From Balanoglossus misakiensis (taxonomy: Eukaryota; Animalia; Hemichordata), in the NCBI GenBank assembly GCA_040954595.2, contig CM082597.2, positions 10,137,778-10,201,777 of the forward strand: 64,000 bases of DNA. Direction: 5' to 3'. Each line of letters opens with the position of its first letter. The stretch's first letter is position 1. Positions 11,776-22,803 of the stretch are shown here, piece by piece. The notes beneath the pieces are model-generated. The model saw nothing but the letters and a program-made list of their open reading frames with translations, ran no database searches and was not told the origin of the DNA. The translations under genes were made by a program, and so were the position numbers.

Positions 11776-13609
11776 CTAAATGATATAAAGGAGTGAGAGT
11801 GAGAATTGTGCATGATATGTCAGTTTTGAACTTTCATGTCTGTTTTGGACTGAGAGCTGTTGAATGAGAGAGAGAGAGGGAGAGAGAGATCGCGCTCGAA
11901 CAATCAGGGGGTCACGCAGACGTAATCTTTTCATTGGCGTGATACTGATATCACCACGTAACTTGCAATTCCCAAGAGTGCGACTGTACGTACGTAAACT
12001 GTATCAAATTCAACTCATTCACGTCGTATGAGAGGAGGTATACCGTGCGAATGCGAGCGCTGGGGGAACCGGGTACCGCCTACTTGAAATGGACCTCTTC
12101 CCTTAGTGAAGTCAAATAATCATAATTATCTATCATGTAAGAAGTCAAAAATGTAAGAGAATGTTTTAATAAATATGTCAACTTATTATTTATATTCCCC
12201 TGTAAATGTCTCATAATTTGAGGAACAATATTTTGGAAGCTGAACGGAAGTTGCAACTCAAATCAAATTTCAACTTCTCCAATATATGGAATAACACTAT
12301 AAGCCTACTGACTTGAGAAACTCAAATTGAATTTCAAATTCTCGAACAAACGAAAATATGTTTGAATGTAAGTAATCTTACTATAAAATTGACATGCAAT
12401 TACCTGTCGTTGGTGAAGCAAACTGAACAATGGACATGACAAATGATGTTTTCTGTGTAGATTATAAATAAACTGACTCTCATCACTTGATGTTAGGATT
12501 TCTTGCATTGCCAGAATGATGTGATCACCAGAATGCTCTGACGAATCAAACAATTTCAGCCTGGAGATTTCCCTGGACAGTGTCTGTGTGAGAAATGATG
12601 GCAAAATATTAATATCATTTATTAGGAAACCGGGCCAGTCACTGAGAAATCTGTCGGCCTTTACAAAGTATAGTTCATAATCTTCTCATAAAATGATAAA
12701 GTTGCCGAAAAGGTATACAGTTACCTATAATTTACATACGCCCATATATGGCTGAAATGGCGTATTTGAGCGTTCTAAAGGACATATGGCGGCGCTCTTT
12801 TTTTCGCGTGTGCCACCCACTGAAAATCTGTGATTGGCTAGATCTCAAGTTTACCATGGTAACTGTAGTTAAATTACCATAGGTGACAATATACCTTAAC
12901 ATATCATATTTCTTCTGGGAAGTGTAATTGTTTTAAGATCAAATATTACATGTACATACCAATTGTACGCCTCTCAGATATTGTCTTTCCGTTGATGCAC
13001 TCACTTTGTGCTCACCAATACTGAATAGCTGTAAATATAATCAAAGGAGAAGAAATCACTCACTCATTAGCAATGATACTGCAAAAGTGGAAGTGACTGA
13101 TTTTGAGTATGAAGTTGGAAAAGAGTCCCAGTACAGTATAGAGAGGTTTCCAGATTAGGTAGATTTTGCTGTCCAACCATTTTCACACAACGGCCATAAA
13201 ACTTAAAGAAGAACTATTAAATTACCCAGCCTGATAAGTTTTGTGGTGTTTGGAAAGTCGTCCATGTCTGATGACACAAGATCAGCTTTTGATTGTAACA
13301 TGAGACATGATCAGTTGTGTTTTGGTTCAAAAGAACATGACCTGGTTTAACCCTTTGACCCCCATTATGTATATGGCTACATGTGACGTAGTCTCCCCAC
13401 TCTAAATTTGCATATCAATACCCCCAGATTCCCGAAACTTTCTCACTCACAGCAAACTTTCACTCTCACTGCATAGAGGCAAATTACACACTGCAAATAC
13501 ACAACTAAGATATGACATTACACCACAATTAAATTCTCAGAACAATTAATTTTTATTTCTAATTTCAACACACTTTATACATTTTCACAGTGACACCATA
13601 TGGTGACAC

Positions 13610-15439
13610 TCAGTGCTGCATTATGCTACCATGGTATTCAATAAAACATGTGTTTTTACACAAGTAAACCCCACACAACTTGCAGCCGAAGATTGTTTCT
13701 ACAGGGTATCCCTTAGCCGTTTTTCTTTTCACTTTTGAGCAGTACCTGCATATTCTTTTAGGTCTTTTGGCATTGGGGTCCATTTTTTCACATTTGTGGG
13801 AGTGGATATTGATTGTGCTCAAACTACTTTCTGTTGCTGGGGTTTGGGGATGGGGGCCTCTTTTTTTTCTGTTAGTATACCCTGCGATCAACTGGCTTGA
13901 TAAATCTAACTTGAAGTCAAGGCCTCTGTATTTTCTCCTATGATCCGGAGTGTGCGCTATTCTGTACAAGATGAAAGCATTGACTATCATTCGCTGCATA
14001 AAAAAGAAAAACAAATACTTCCAATATTTCATGTATTTGTTCGACATGGACTGATACACTGCCAGCTGATCACTTTTATCTACCCCACCCATATACTTAT
14101 TGTATTGCAAAATTACATGTGGAGTAAAGAAAGTTTTCCCACCCCTTGTTTGGTTTTGACCCCCAGGGGAAGAAATTGTTGTCAGCATTCTCACATCTCG
14201 AGTGTCGAACCACTTATAAGCAAAAAGCATCCCACCCTGCAGAACAACACAATCCCCCCGTTTCATTTTCTGTTTTGTTTTGATTTGCTGTGGAAGCCCC
14301 TTTCGATTCTGTCGAATGGTACTAGTGGTATATACATCCCTGTCAAGAAGATCAAGTGCAAGTTGGACACTACTGAAAAAATTATCATAATAAATATGAT
14401 GAGCCATGTGGAAATAACGCTCGGTCAAATCATAGACTACCTGGTACCCAAGCCCTCTCTCTGGGGATTCTTTTTTCCCTGTGTACGGAAGCATGTCGAG
14501 AGTGTAGCCAGTTTTAGGGCAAGCAGCAGACCAAATTTTGAAGCCCCATTTCACTGGCTTTCCAGGCATATACTGAATCATGTGAGACCTACCCTTAAAT
14601 TTACACATGGCCTCATCAATTGCAATTTCCCTGTGAGGATAATAATGTTCAGGAAAAGTCTCTCTAACAAGATCTACCATAGCGCGGACTTTATACAAAC
14701 GATCTCTGTGAGGGTCTCTTGCATCTGGCTCGTTACGGGAATCACTCAGATGGAGATACTGGCTGATTTTCATGAACCGATTTCTGGGCATTACCTTGGA
14801 AATTCCAGGCACATTTAAACGATCGTCACTTGACCAGTAGTGCTTGACTTCAGGGACTTTGTGAATTCCCATTAGAATCATCATTCCAAAGTAGGCGCGC
14901 AGTTCGGTTGCGTCTGTTTCATACCACTCTGAGTCACGGCGACCAGCTTTTTCCTGCTTGAATTCCGCGTAGGCATTTGTTTCGCGCACTAACAGTTGAA
15001 CAAAATCTTCATTAAGAAAAAGTTCAAAAAAGTCAATCGGCTGCTTCGAAAAGTCTAAGTTGTGAGTCGGACCGGAAAATTCATCATCGAAAGCAGGAAC
15101 GTTGGTTTCCTCGGTGTCAGATGTCCACAATAAATCAGCCGCGTCGGTGGTTTCACTTTCATCGCTGACGTCCGCGTCCGCGTCCGCTATCAACAGCTGA
15201 ACCAGCTCAGCGGGGTCGATGTCGCTCTCATCATCGCGGCCCTGGACATTTAATTCATGCTGTAAGACAGCCTCTGTGATTTCCTCAGCAGTGAAACCCT
15301 CAAATTCGGTGTCTGAGTCCGAATCGCTAAAAAAATCTCTCAGAATATCTGCTGCGCTGACTTGATCGCGTTCACGGGTGTCTGGCGTTGCCGCAGTTCC
15401 GGGTGGTGTATCGCCGATTTCGTGACAGACAGCAGTCAT
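13610..15439 (-). CDS. piggyBac transposase (PGBD4-like), ~609 aa from first ATG
   Basis: Acidic N-terminus; AIDEAM, KPVKWGFK, YYDNFFSS and YNKYMGGVDKSDQ catalytic DDD motifs; C-terminal Cys-rich CRYC...CKLC...LC...CF...YH; uninterrupted. Confidence 0.95.
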   Translation of the reverse strand: MTAVCHEIGDTPPGTAATPDTRERDQVSAADILRDFFSDSDSDTEFEGFTAEEITEAVLQHELNVQGRDDESDIDPAELVQLLIADADADVSDESETTDAADLLWTSDTEETNVPAFDDEFSGPTHNLDFSKQPIDFFELFLNEDFVQLLVRETNAYAEFKQEKAGRRDSEWYETDATELRAYFGMMILMGIHKVPEVKHYWSSDDRLNVPGISKVMPRNRFMKISQYLHLSDSRNEPDARDPHRDRLYKVRAMVDLVRETFPEHYYPHREIAIDEAMCKFKGRSHMIQYMPGKPVKWGFKIWSAACPKTGYTLDMLPYTGKKESPERGLGYQVVYDLTERYFHMAHHIYYDNFFSSVQLALDLLDRDVYTTSTIRQNRKGLPQQIKTKQKMKRGDCVVLQGGMLFAYKWFDTRDVRMLTTISSPGGQNQTRGGKTFFTPHVILQYNKYMGGVDKSDQLAVYQSMSNKYMKYWKYLFFFFMQRMIVNAFILYRIAHTPDHRRKYRGLDFKLDLSSQLIAGYTNRKKRGPHPQTPATESSLSTINIHSHKCEKMDPNAKRPKRICRYCSKVKRKTAKGYPVETIFGCKLCGVYLCKNTCFIEYHGSIMQH

Positions 15440-15775
15440 GGTAATCGATACCAACTAACGCACAAATCAAAGAAGCCGACAGTACTTTATCCCAGAAAAC
15501 TATTTGTATAAGACCCGTTATGGAAATGAGTCACAAAGTTCGCAGTTCAAGAGGTCAGGACACGCGACATGCACACGACTCGGGCGCTAATTGTTTACTA
15601 ACGGTCGATTTATCGCCCGCGAAAAACCTTTCCCGCCGTAAATCATTATGTCCAAATATGGTCCTGTTACTACAGTTCTGTTGCTTAGAAACTAAAGTTT
15701 CCCGCCTTGAAAAGTGAAACACCCAATAGCTTTTAGGAAACGAGTAATTAATGTTTTGATTGACGTAAACAGAAG

Positions 15776-15887
15776 GGCCGTTTAATTCCGCATTGGGATT
15801 TGGACTCATGGTGGCGCTCGGCCGTTTAATTCCGCTATGGGATTCAGCGTGGGGACAATGGGCAGGCCTTATTATTCCGAAATGGGG
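15776..15887. repeat. Three subterminal direct repeats at the piggyBac 5' end
   Basis: GGCCGTTTAATTCCGC..TGGGATT twice plus degenerate GGCCTTATTATTCCGAAATGGGG overlapping the TIR; probable transposase-binding sites. Confidence 0.7.
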
Positions 15888-18800
15888 GTCAAAGGGTGGT
15901 TTAAGAAGCCTTGCAACTTCAGGTGACTACAGAAGGAGCTATACTGTGCCCATTGGCCTTGATTTGACTGAGAAACCATGATTTACTGAAAAGCCACTTG
16001 GAAAAGGGTCCACTTTATTTCTAAACCAAACTTACCTTCAGGAAGATCATCTTGGCTGACTCTTGACTATCTACAGTGACTTTTCTTGCATCCATCTTGG
16101 CTGCAACATCTTTCTTTTCATCCACCTGCATTGCCTCACTTTTCTCCTCTTTCTTTTCCTCATCTGCAAATAAAAATTGTGTTATGTCCAGGAAATATTA
16201 TTTACTTTCTGAGAAGAAACTGGAATATCTAGCTTTGCAAATCAGTTAGTGAAATAAGAGAACGCAAACAATTAATTGTCATGAAATAGTCACCTCTGTT
16301 AATATCGCGAAAAATTTCCCATCACAAAAATTACCAAGATTACAGTAACCTAAAAATATAAAATCCTAATAATGTCCAAAGTTGAAGAATTCTATATGTA
16401 TGACTTAACTTTTGAGACACTATTTCACAACACAAATACTAGTACCTTTGTTCTCTTTATCCAGGAATGAATTTTTTTCCACCTTCTGCTCCTCTCATCT
16501 GTTGAACTTCCACTAACTGAGCCATGTATCCTTTGTCAACCACAGCCTGTTCCATACTGTACAGATCTTGTCTGCAGGCCATGTCGAGATGCTGCAGTAG
16601 TTTGCTGTGAAAAGAAACAGAAGTGTTACATGTGTATGTGTGTTACAGGGTCAGATCACGGCACATCATGACAAAATCTTTGTGACTATGGTGCTAGCAT
16701 CATGTTTATAGCAGATCATGTGTATTCATACTTGTGGGCCAAATGACCTTAATATGTGGTTTGTTGTATGACTTAATTATAACACACACACCCAGTTTTT
16801 TTAATAGTCCTGCTTGAAAGATCACAGAGTGTCTTTGGCTACTGAAAAGCACCACCACAATGAGAGATAACTCACAACACCGAAGAGTAAATCTCTAAAG
16901 TTGTAATTTAAACCAAGTATGGAAATTGGGATGTACGGTAGCTTTGATGAGGAATAATTCTAGAGTTACAACATACCTCATGCTGTTGACTGGTATACCA
17001 AATAAAGGACTGCACAAACAAGACCAACTGAGCTGGTTCCAAGTCTTCCAGGGCTGAAAAAAATGACAAATTCAGGATGAAAACAACAAAAGTTTGGTGA
17101 GAAAAGATCCCAAGTTGAATTGACACACAGATTGGCAGATATTTCCACGAAATATCACATGTAAATGGTGCAACAACAGATTAACCGATCAGGCCATGAC
17201 AAATACTGCACCTCTTCACAAAAACTGCTGGGTTGCAATTTATAGCATAAAATTACTGTAAAACAGGAAATTTTTGTGATATCACAAGAGAGCTGACTAT
17301 TCCATTGCTCACATTGTTTCTTTGCGACCATTTATTTTCACGTTTTTTGGCTCTCACGAAATTCGCAAAAATTTCCCCTTTTACAATAGTATGGTTGGAT
17401 CTATACAATGTATACATTGAATGGGGATGAACACTGGACAGTGGAGCATTCTATATTAAAATTTGGGAAAACATTGAAGCCATATTAAGGTCATACTTGA
17501 TTAAGCTGAAAGTCGGCACAGAATAAATTTGAAATTCAATTGGCTACAAAAATTGACTTTTCTGCCATTCTGAGATCTCCATGCTGAGCTCAATTATGTT
17601 GCTGCTTCATATAGTGGTCAGCAATAAAAACTTACTACTGTTACAGTGGTTATACATGTAACTCTTATTAAATGTTTTTTTTTTCTTGTTTTATCATGAA
17701 ATCTGACAATATCACGAAATCAGACTGTGGGTGGCACGACAGAATAAAACTGGTTTTCGTCTCAACTTTTGTACATGTAGTGACACAATGAAAGAATGAC
17801 AGAGAAACTGCTAACAGACAGATTATTATATATTTTTTTACCTTTTCATGTCACTTTTATAAAACACTGCATGGCAACAAATGTGAACCATGAACAATTT
17901 GCAAGACAATGAACTAGAAGTTGAACAAGATTTGAAGACCTGCTCTGGAAGTAATTGATTGACACCCACCCATGAGTAATATTCCGCATGGGGTTGTGTG
18001 GCTTTCTTCAAGTAATTGTAGAATATATGTAACATGGATGTCAGTGTACATAGTCAGATCTTTACACGATTTTCTGTGTACAAAGATCAACCTGAAGAAG
18101 TATGATACAATTTCTCACCTAGTTGAGTCTGTCCTTGGTTTGAGTAACCAATCGATACATTTATGCAAAGTCTGCCAATTACTCTGGTGGCTCAACAGTG
18201 CCAGCAAATAAGCACTGCACGAACTTTGAACTTTGCCCTCTGTTCTGGGTTTGTGCGTCTTGACAAAGAGTAACCGGTGTTGCAGTTGAGGGCAACTTTG
18301 CACAATCTCGGGGTCCAGGAGCTCCAGCCAATCAATAAGCAGCCCTGCCGTTGACCAGCCTAATTCGCATCTGTGACAATGTGTAATTAAAGAGAAATAT
18401 ACAGTCAGTGGAGTAAAGGGTATAACACAATCATACTGATGGAATTCTCACTACCTGAAATAGGTTTTTGCTACCTAGGTGAGTGATGAATAAAGGTCTA
18501 ATGTCCTCTCTGATATAACATACTAGTGTATGGTAAATGTCTTTCAGAGATCTACACATTAAAGGGACAAACTCTCTACAGTTAATTCATTTTGGGGAGA
18601 TTTTTACTCTCATATCCTACAAACGGGATGGAAGTTGTGTGTGGTCGAACATTGATTCACTATATATCCACATGTAGAATAACATAAATGGTGTCTTGTA
18701 TCAAACATAATGTATGGAAAAAGGGCAGCGAGAGAGAGACTTTGTCCCTTTAAATATCATAGCTGGCATACAGTTATAAATATGCATTTTTTGATTTATG

Positions 18801-21505
18801 TCTTGCAAGTACAAAACTGTTCTTTATTAAAAAGAAATACAGACAAGGTGATCCCAGGAACATAAAACCCAAAACTCAAAGCTACCAGGCAGATGAGTCT
18901 TGAGATAAACTTGGACTTACTTGTCAATCAATCTGGACTGCTCTTGTAACAACAACTCACTCAATGCTTCACTGGTGCTGGATGATTTTGTTGGCACTTG
19001 CATAGCAACAGATAAGGCTTTATTCAGAAACTCTTCTAGTTGGCTGGAATTGGCGCCTGTCAGCTGGTGATACACTGCATGTGGTGCAAAGTCAAACAAA
19101 ATTCACCCAATCATAAAATGTATCATTAACATGATCATACCATAAAAAAATGTGAATGAATTACAATTATAGCGTGCGCATATTGAATCATACGAAATCA
19201 CACCAAATAACGCGAGACTTAGAAATAACATTACATGTGTATGGTGCCACTTAAACGACACCATTTATTCTTTTTGAGCCTAAATCATGTTTAACCACAA
19301 CTAGACAACCACAATGACCTTGTGAGAATGAAACCCACCAATAAATACATGTAGATAATCTGAAGCTATCACAGAAACAGAATGTCTTTGACAAAGTATT
19401 GCAAAGCCTTCAGTTGACCGCGAAAAAGTTGACGAAGCATGCATGTGGAAAGTGGAGTGTTGACAACAATGTGAATATATGCACGATAGCTTGCTGCGCT
19501 CGCACTCAGGTCAAACCTGTTACATATTACCAAAAATGTGGATCTATATAATTAACATTGGGTCCGTTCCTTCTTATCCCACTCGTGTTTCTGTTTGTTT
19601 GGTGAGAATATCTAATAGGTTAGCCCCTTTCACTCCCAGTTCCTTCTTTAGAGGTCCAACCTTACCATAGAAAACGATGGGTTTGGACTGGAACATGGCG
19701 GTGAAAGGGTTCAGGTGCTTGAGGGAGTGTTAAAAATGCAGACTTTACCTTTCTATAACATGTCTCTATCTACAGCCATCCGTCCCTCAGTGACGGCTTC
19801 AATGATTTCACTCACTTCATCCAAGTTGCCACCACTGGCTTTGATGGGACTTTTCTCACTGCTCAGGGATTTCGCTGGAAGGAAGGACGTAAGACTGGAA
19901 TTAAGGCATACGTCCCTACATAAAGGGAGGACATTTGGACATGATACCACAAATGGTTAATGGAGTTTCTGGGAAGGTTTTCAAATTCCAGGAATTTCCA
20001 GGAGTGTACGAATCCAGTTAAGAATTCTTTATGTCATGTGATCTGGCCATGTGACCTGCAGCATTGTCATTTCCAGGTGACGGCAAACAACATAGTGGCA
20101 TCCAGTAAAAGTTTTCCACGTATGTAAGTACTTAAGAACCGCCAGACATGTAACATGTATCAGGTATAGTACCTCATCAGCCTCATGGCATTTTGTCTGC
20201 ACAGTCTTTGTCTGCACCACGTTGCTGAAGTTGCCTGTCATCTGGAAAATTGAATGCCAACGTATTTGCGCTTGAGCGCGTCTGGCGTCTTTTGATATCA
20301 AAGAATAAATGCATTGTACAAACTTGAAAGTATGTAGAATTTTTCTATTTATCCTGTGTGATATAGTGAAAACGCTCAAGTTACAGTTTGTGTATGGTTT
20401 TGAGAATTATTTCACTGCTTGAGGTAAGTGAAATAAACAGCTCACCTTGTTGTCTGTTGACTTTTTCATACTGGTTGAGAAGTTTTGTAAACACACTGTT
20501 TTCAGACTTTGATGAACTCAAAATTGCAGACACTAGCTGGACAAATCTCATCATATCTTCCTTCTTTTCAAGATGTTTCTAAATGATATAAAGGAGTGAG
20601 AATTGTGCATGATTATGTCAGTTTTGAACTTTCATGTCTGTTTTGGACTGAGAGCTGTTGAATGAGAGAGAGAGAGGGAGAGAGAGATCGCGCTCGAACA
20701 ATCAGGGGGTCACGCAGACGTAATCTTTTCATTGGCGTGATACTGATATCACCACGTAACTTGCAATTCCCAAGAGTGCGACTGTACGTACGTAAACTGT
20801 ATCAAATTCAACTCATTCACGTCATATGAGAGGAGGTATACCGTGCGAATGCGAGCGCTGGGGGAACCGGGTACCGCCTACTTGAAATGGACCTCTTCCC
20901 TTAGTGAAGTCAAATAATCATAATTATCTATCATGTAAGAAGTCAAAAATGTAAGAGAATGTTTTAATAAATATGTCAACTTATTATTTATATTCCCCTG
21001 TATATATTCCCCTGTAAATGTCTCATAATTTGAGGAATAATATTTTGGAAGCTGAACGGAAGTTGCAACTCAAATCAAATTTCAACTTCTCCAATATATG
21101 GAATAACACTATAAGCCTACTGACTTGAGAAACTCAAATTGAATTTCAAATTCTCGAACAAACGAAAATATGTTTGAATGTAAGTAATCTTACTATAAAA
21201 TTGACATGCAATTACCTGTCGTTGGTGAAGCAAACTGAACAATGGACATGACAAATGATGTTTTCTGTGTAGATTATAAATAAACTGACTCTCATCACTT
21301 GATGTTAGGATTTCTTGCATTGCCAGAATGATGTGATCACCAGAATTCTCTGATGAATCAAACAATTTCAGCCTGGAGATTTCCCTGGACAGTGTCTGTG
21401 TGAGAAATGATGGCAAAATATTAATATCATTTATTAGGAAACCTGGCCAGTCACTGAGAAATCTGTCGGCCTTTACAAAGTATAGTTCATAATCTTCTCA
21501 TAAAA

Positions 21506-22803
21506 CAGGTATATACGGGTGTCTCAAAACACATTGTGCGACAAGAAAGTGCTAGTCGCACTTTGAGGGAAATGCTATCTGCGACCACTAGCACTTTGAT
21601 TCTGCGACCACTAGCACTTTGATTCTGCGACCACTGGTACTTGCATTGTGCGCTGTGATCATTTGCGACCAACAAGCTTGAATAAAAACCAGTTTCAAAA
21701 AGCACAGTCGTATCGATCGAGGGGTTTTGAAAGTATCGCGACATTCAACTTTCTTTCAAGATGATAACTTGATATGTTGTACTCGTGTCATGTACAAAAT
21801 ACACGATCCACGTAATTTCCGTTTGGTTAAATACTGACCTTTCATTTCTACTAGATCATATCCAAGTCTGATTTTACACCGACTTAAATAAGAACTCTGG
21901 TTTGTCGATTTTTGTAGCTGAGTAAAACTAGCTATTAAACGAGCGCGAAATGCGCATTTGCGATGCGATGACAACACAATCGCCATTTTTGAATGACCTG
22001 ACCTTTGACATCGTAGAATATGGTCAAGGTCGCGCTGCACTCATCAGATGAATCGCTCGATGAATCTGACTACTTGCTTCCATGATCGGTATACTTGCCT
22101 TTAGCGGTTTTATGTCTAAATAAAGGTAATATTTTTATGTTGAAAAACGACTGTGTGTATTTCTGTAGCATGAGTGCAGTTAAGTGTTGTGCGCGCCCAC
22201 ATGAACCCGTGACCTTTGCGTGTTAAAAATAGGACTTCAAGATGCCGATACGATCGAGTACAGTACTTACGTTAATAAACTTTTTCCTTTATTCTGTCTA
22301 TATAAATAATGTTTTATCAACGTTTTCTCATTGCATTGATGTTTTAGTCTGAGAGCAATACGCAGCTAGTTTTTTCATGTACAGTTGTGGTTGCATGTTT
22401 GTACAAACAGTACGGAAAGGCGACGCAACGGCCGGGGCATTTGCTTTGTTAACTCGATCAATGACTGCCGCACTTATCAACGTGACGAACTTGGGATCGC
22501 CCGGGAAAGCATCGGGCATTGACGTTGCCTTGTCGAATCGTTCACACCTCGTTACTGTCAATGGGGTATTAATTGCGCACATAAGTTACACAACCAATAA
22601 AAAATCTTGTAGCAGAATGCAAGTGCTAGTGGTCGCAGAATCAAAGTGCTAGTGGTCGCAGAATGCAAGTGCTAGTGGTCGCAGAATCAAAGTGCTAGTG
22701 GTCGCAGAATCAAAGTGCTAGTGGTCGCAGATAGCATTTCCCTCAAAGTGCGACTAGCACTTTCTTGTCGCACAATGTGTTTTGAGACACCCATACATAA
22801 CTC
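21506..22803. mobile_element. 1298-bp non-autonomous DNA transposon with long TIRs and 7-bp TSD CATAAAA
   Basis: GGGTGTCTCAAAACACATTGTGCGACAAGAAAGTGCTAGTCGCAC... is inverted at the right end; subterminal 23-bp repeats; absent from other units, which have a single CATAAAA. Confidence 0.9.

Larger units (their letters stand above)
13351..15896 (-). mobile_element. Full-length piggyBac DNA transposon (2546 bp)
   Basis: Perfect 16-bp TIR CCCTTTGACCCCCATT / AATGGGGGTCAAAGGG; empty site CCTGGTTTAAGAAG seen in the other six units; encodes a transposase. Confidence 0.95.

Noticed and set aside
13940-14818. 292-aa plus-strand ORF
   Set aside because: Antisense shadow of the transposase; no recognisable motif
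22615-22735. 23-bp repeats as a CRISPR array
   Set aside because: Contiguous repeats with no unique spacers, no cas genes, eukaryotic context; they are subterminal transposon repeats
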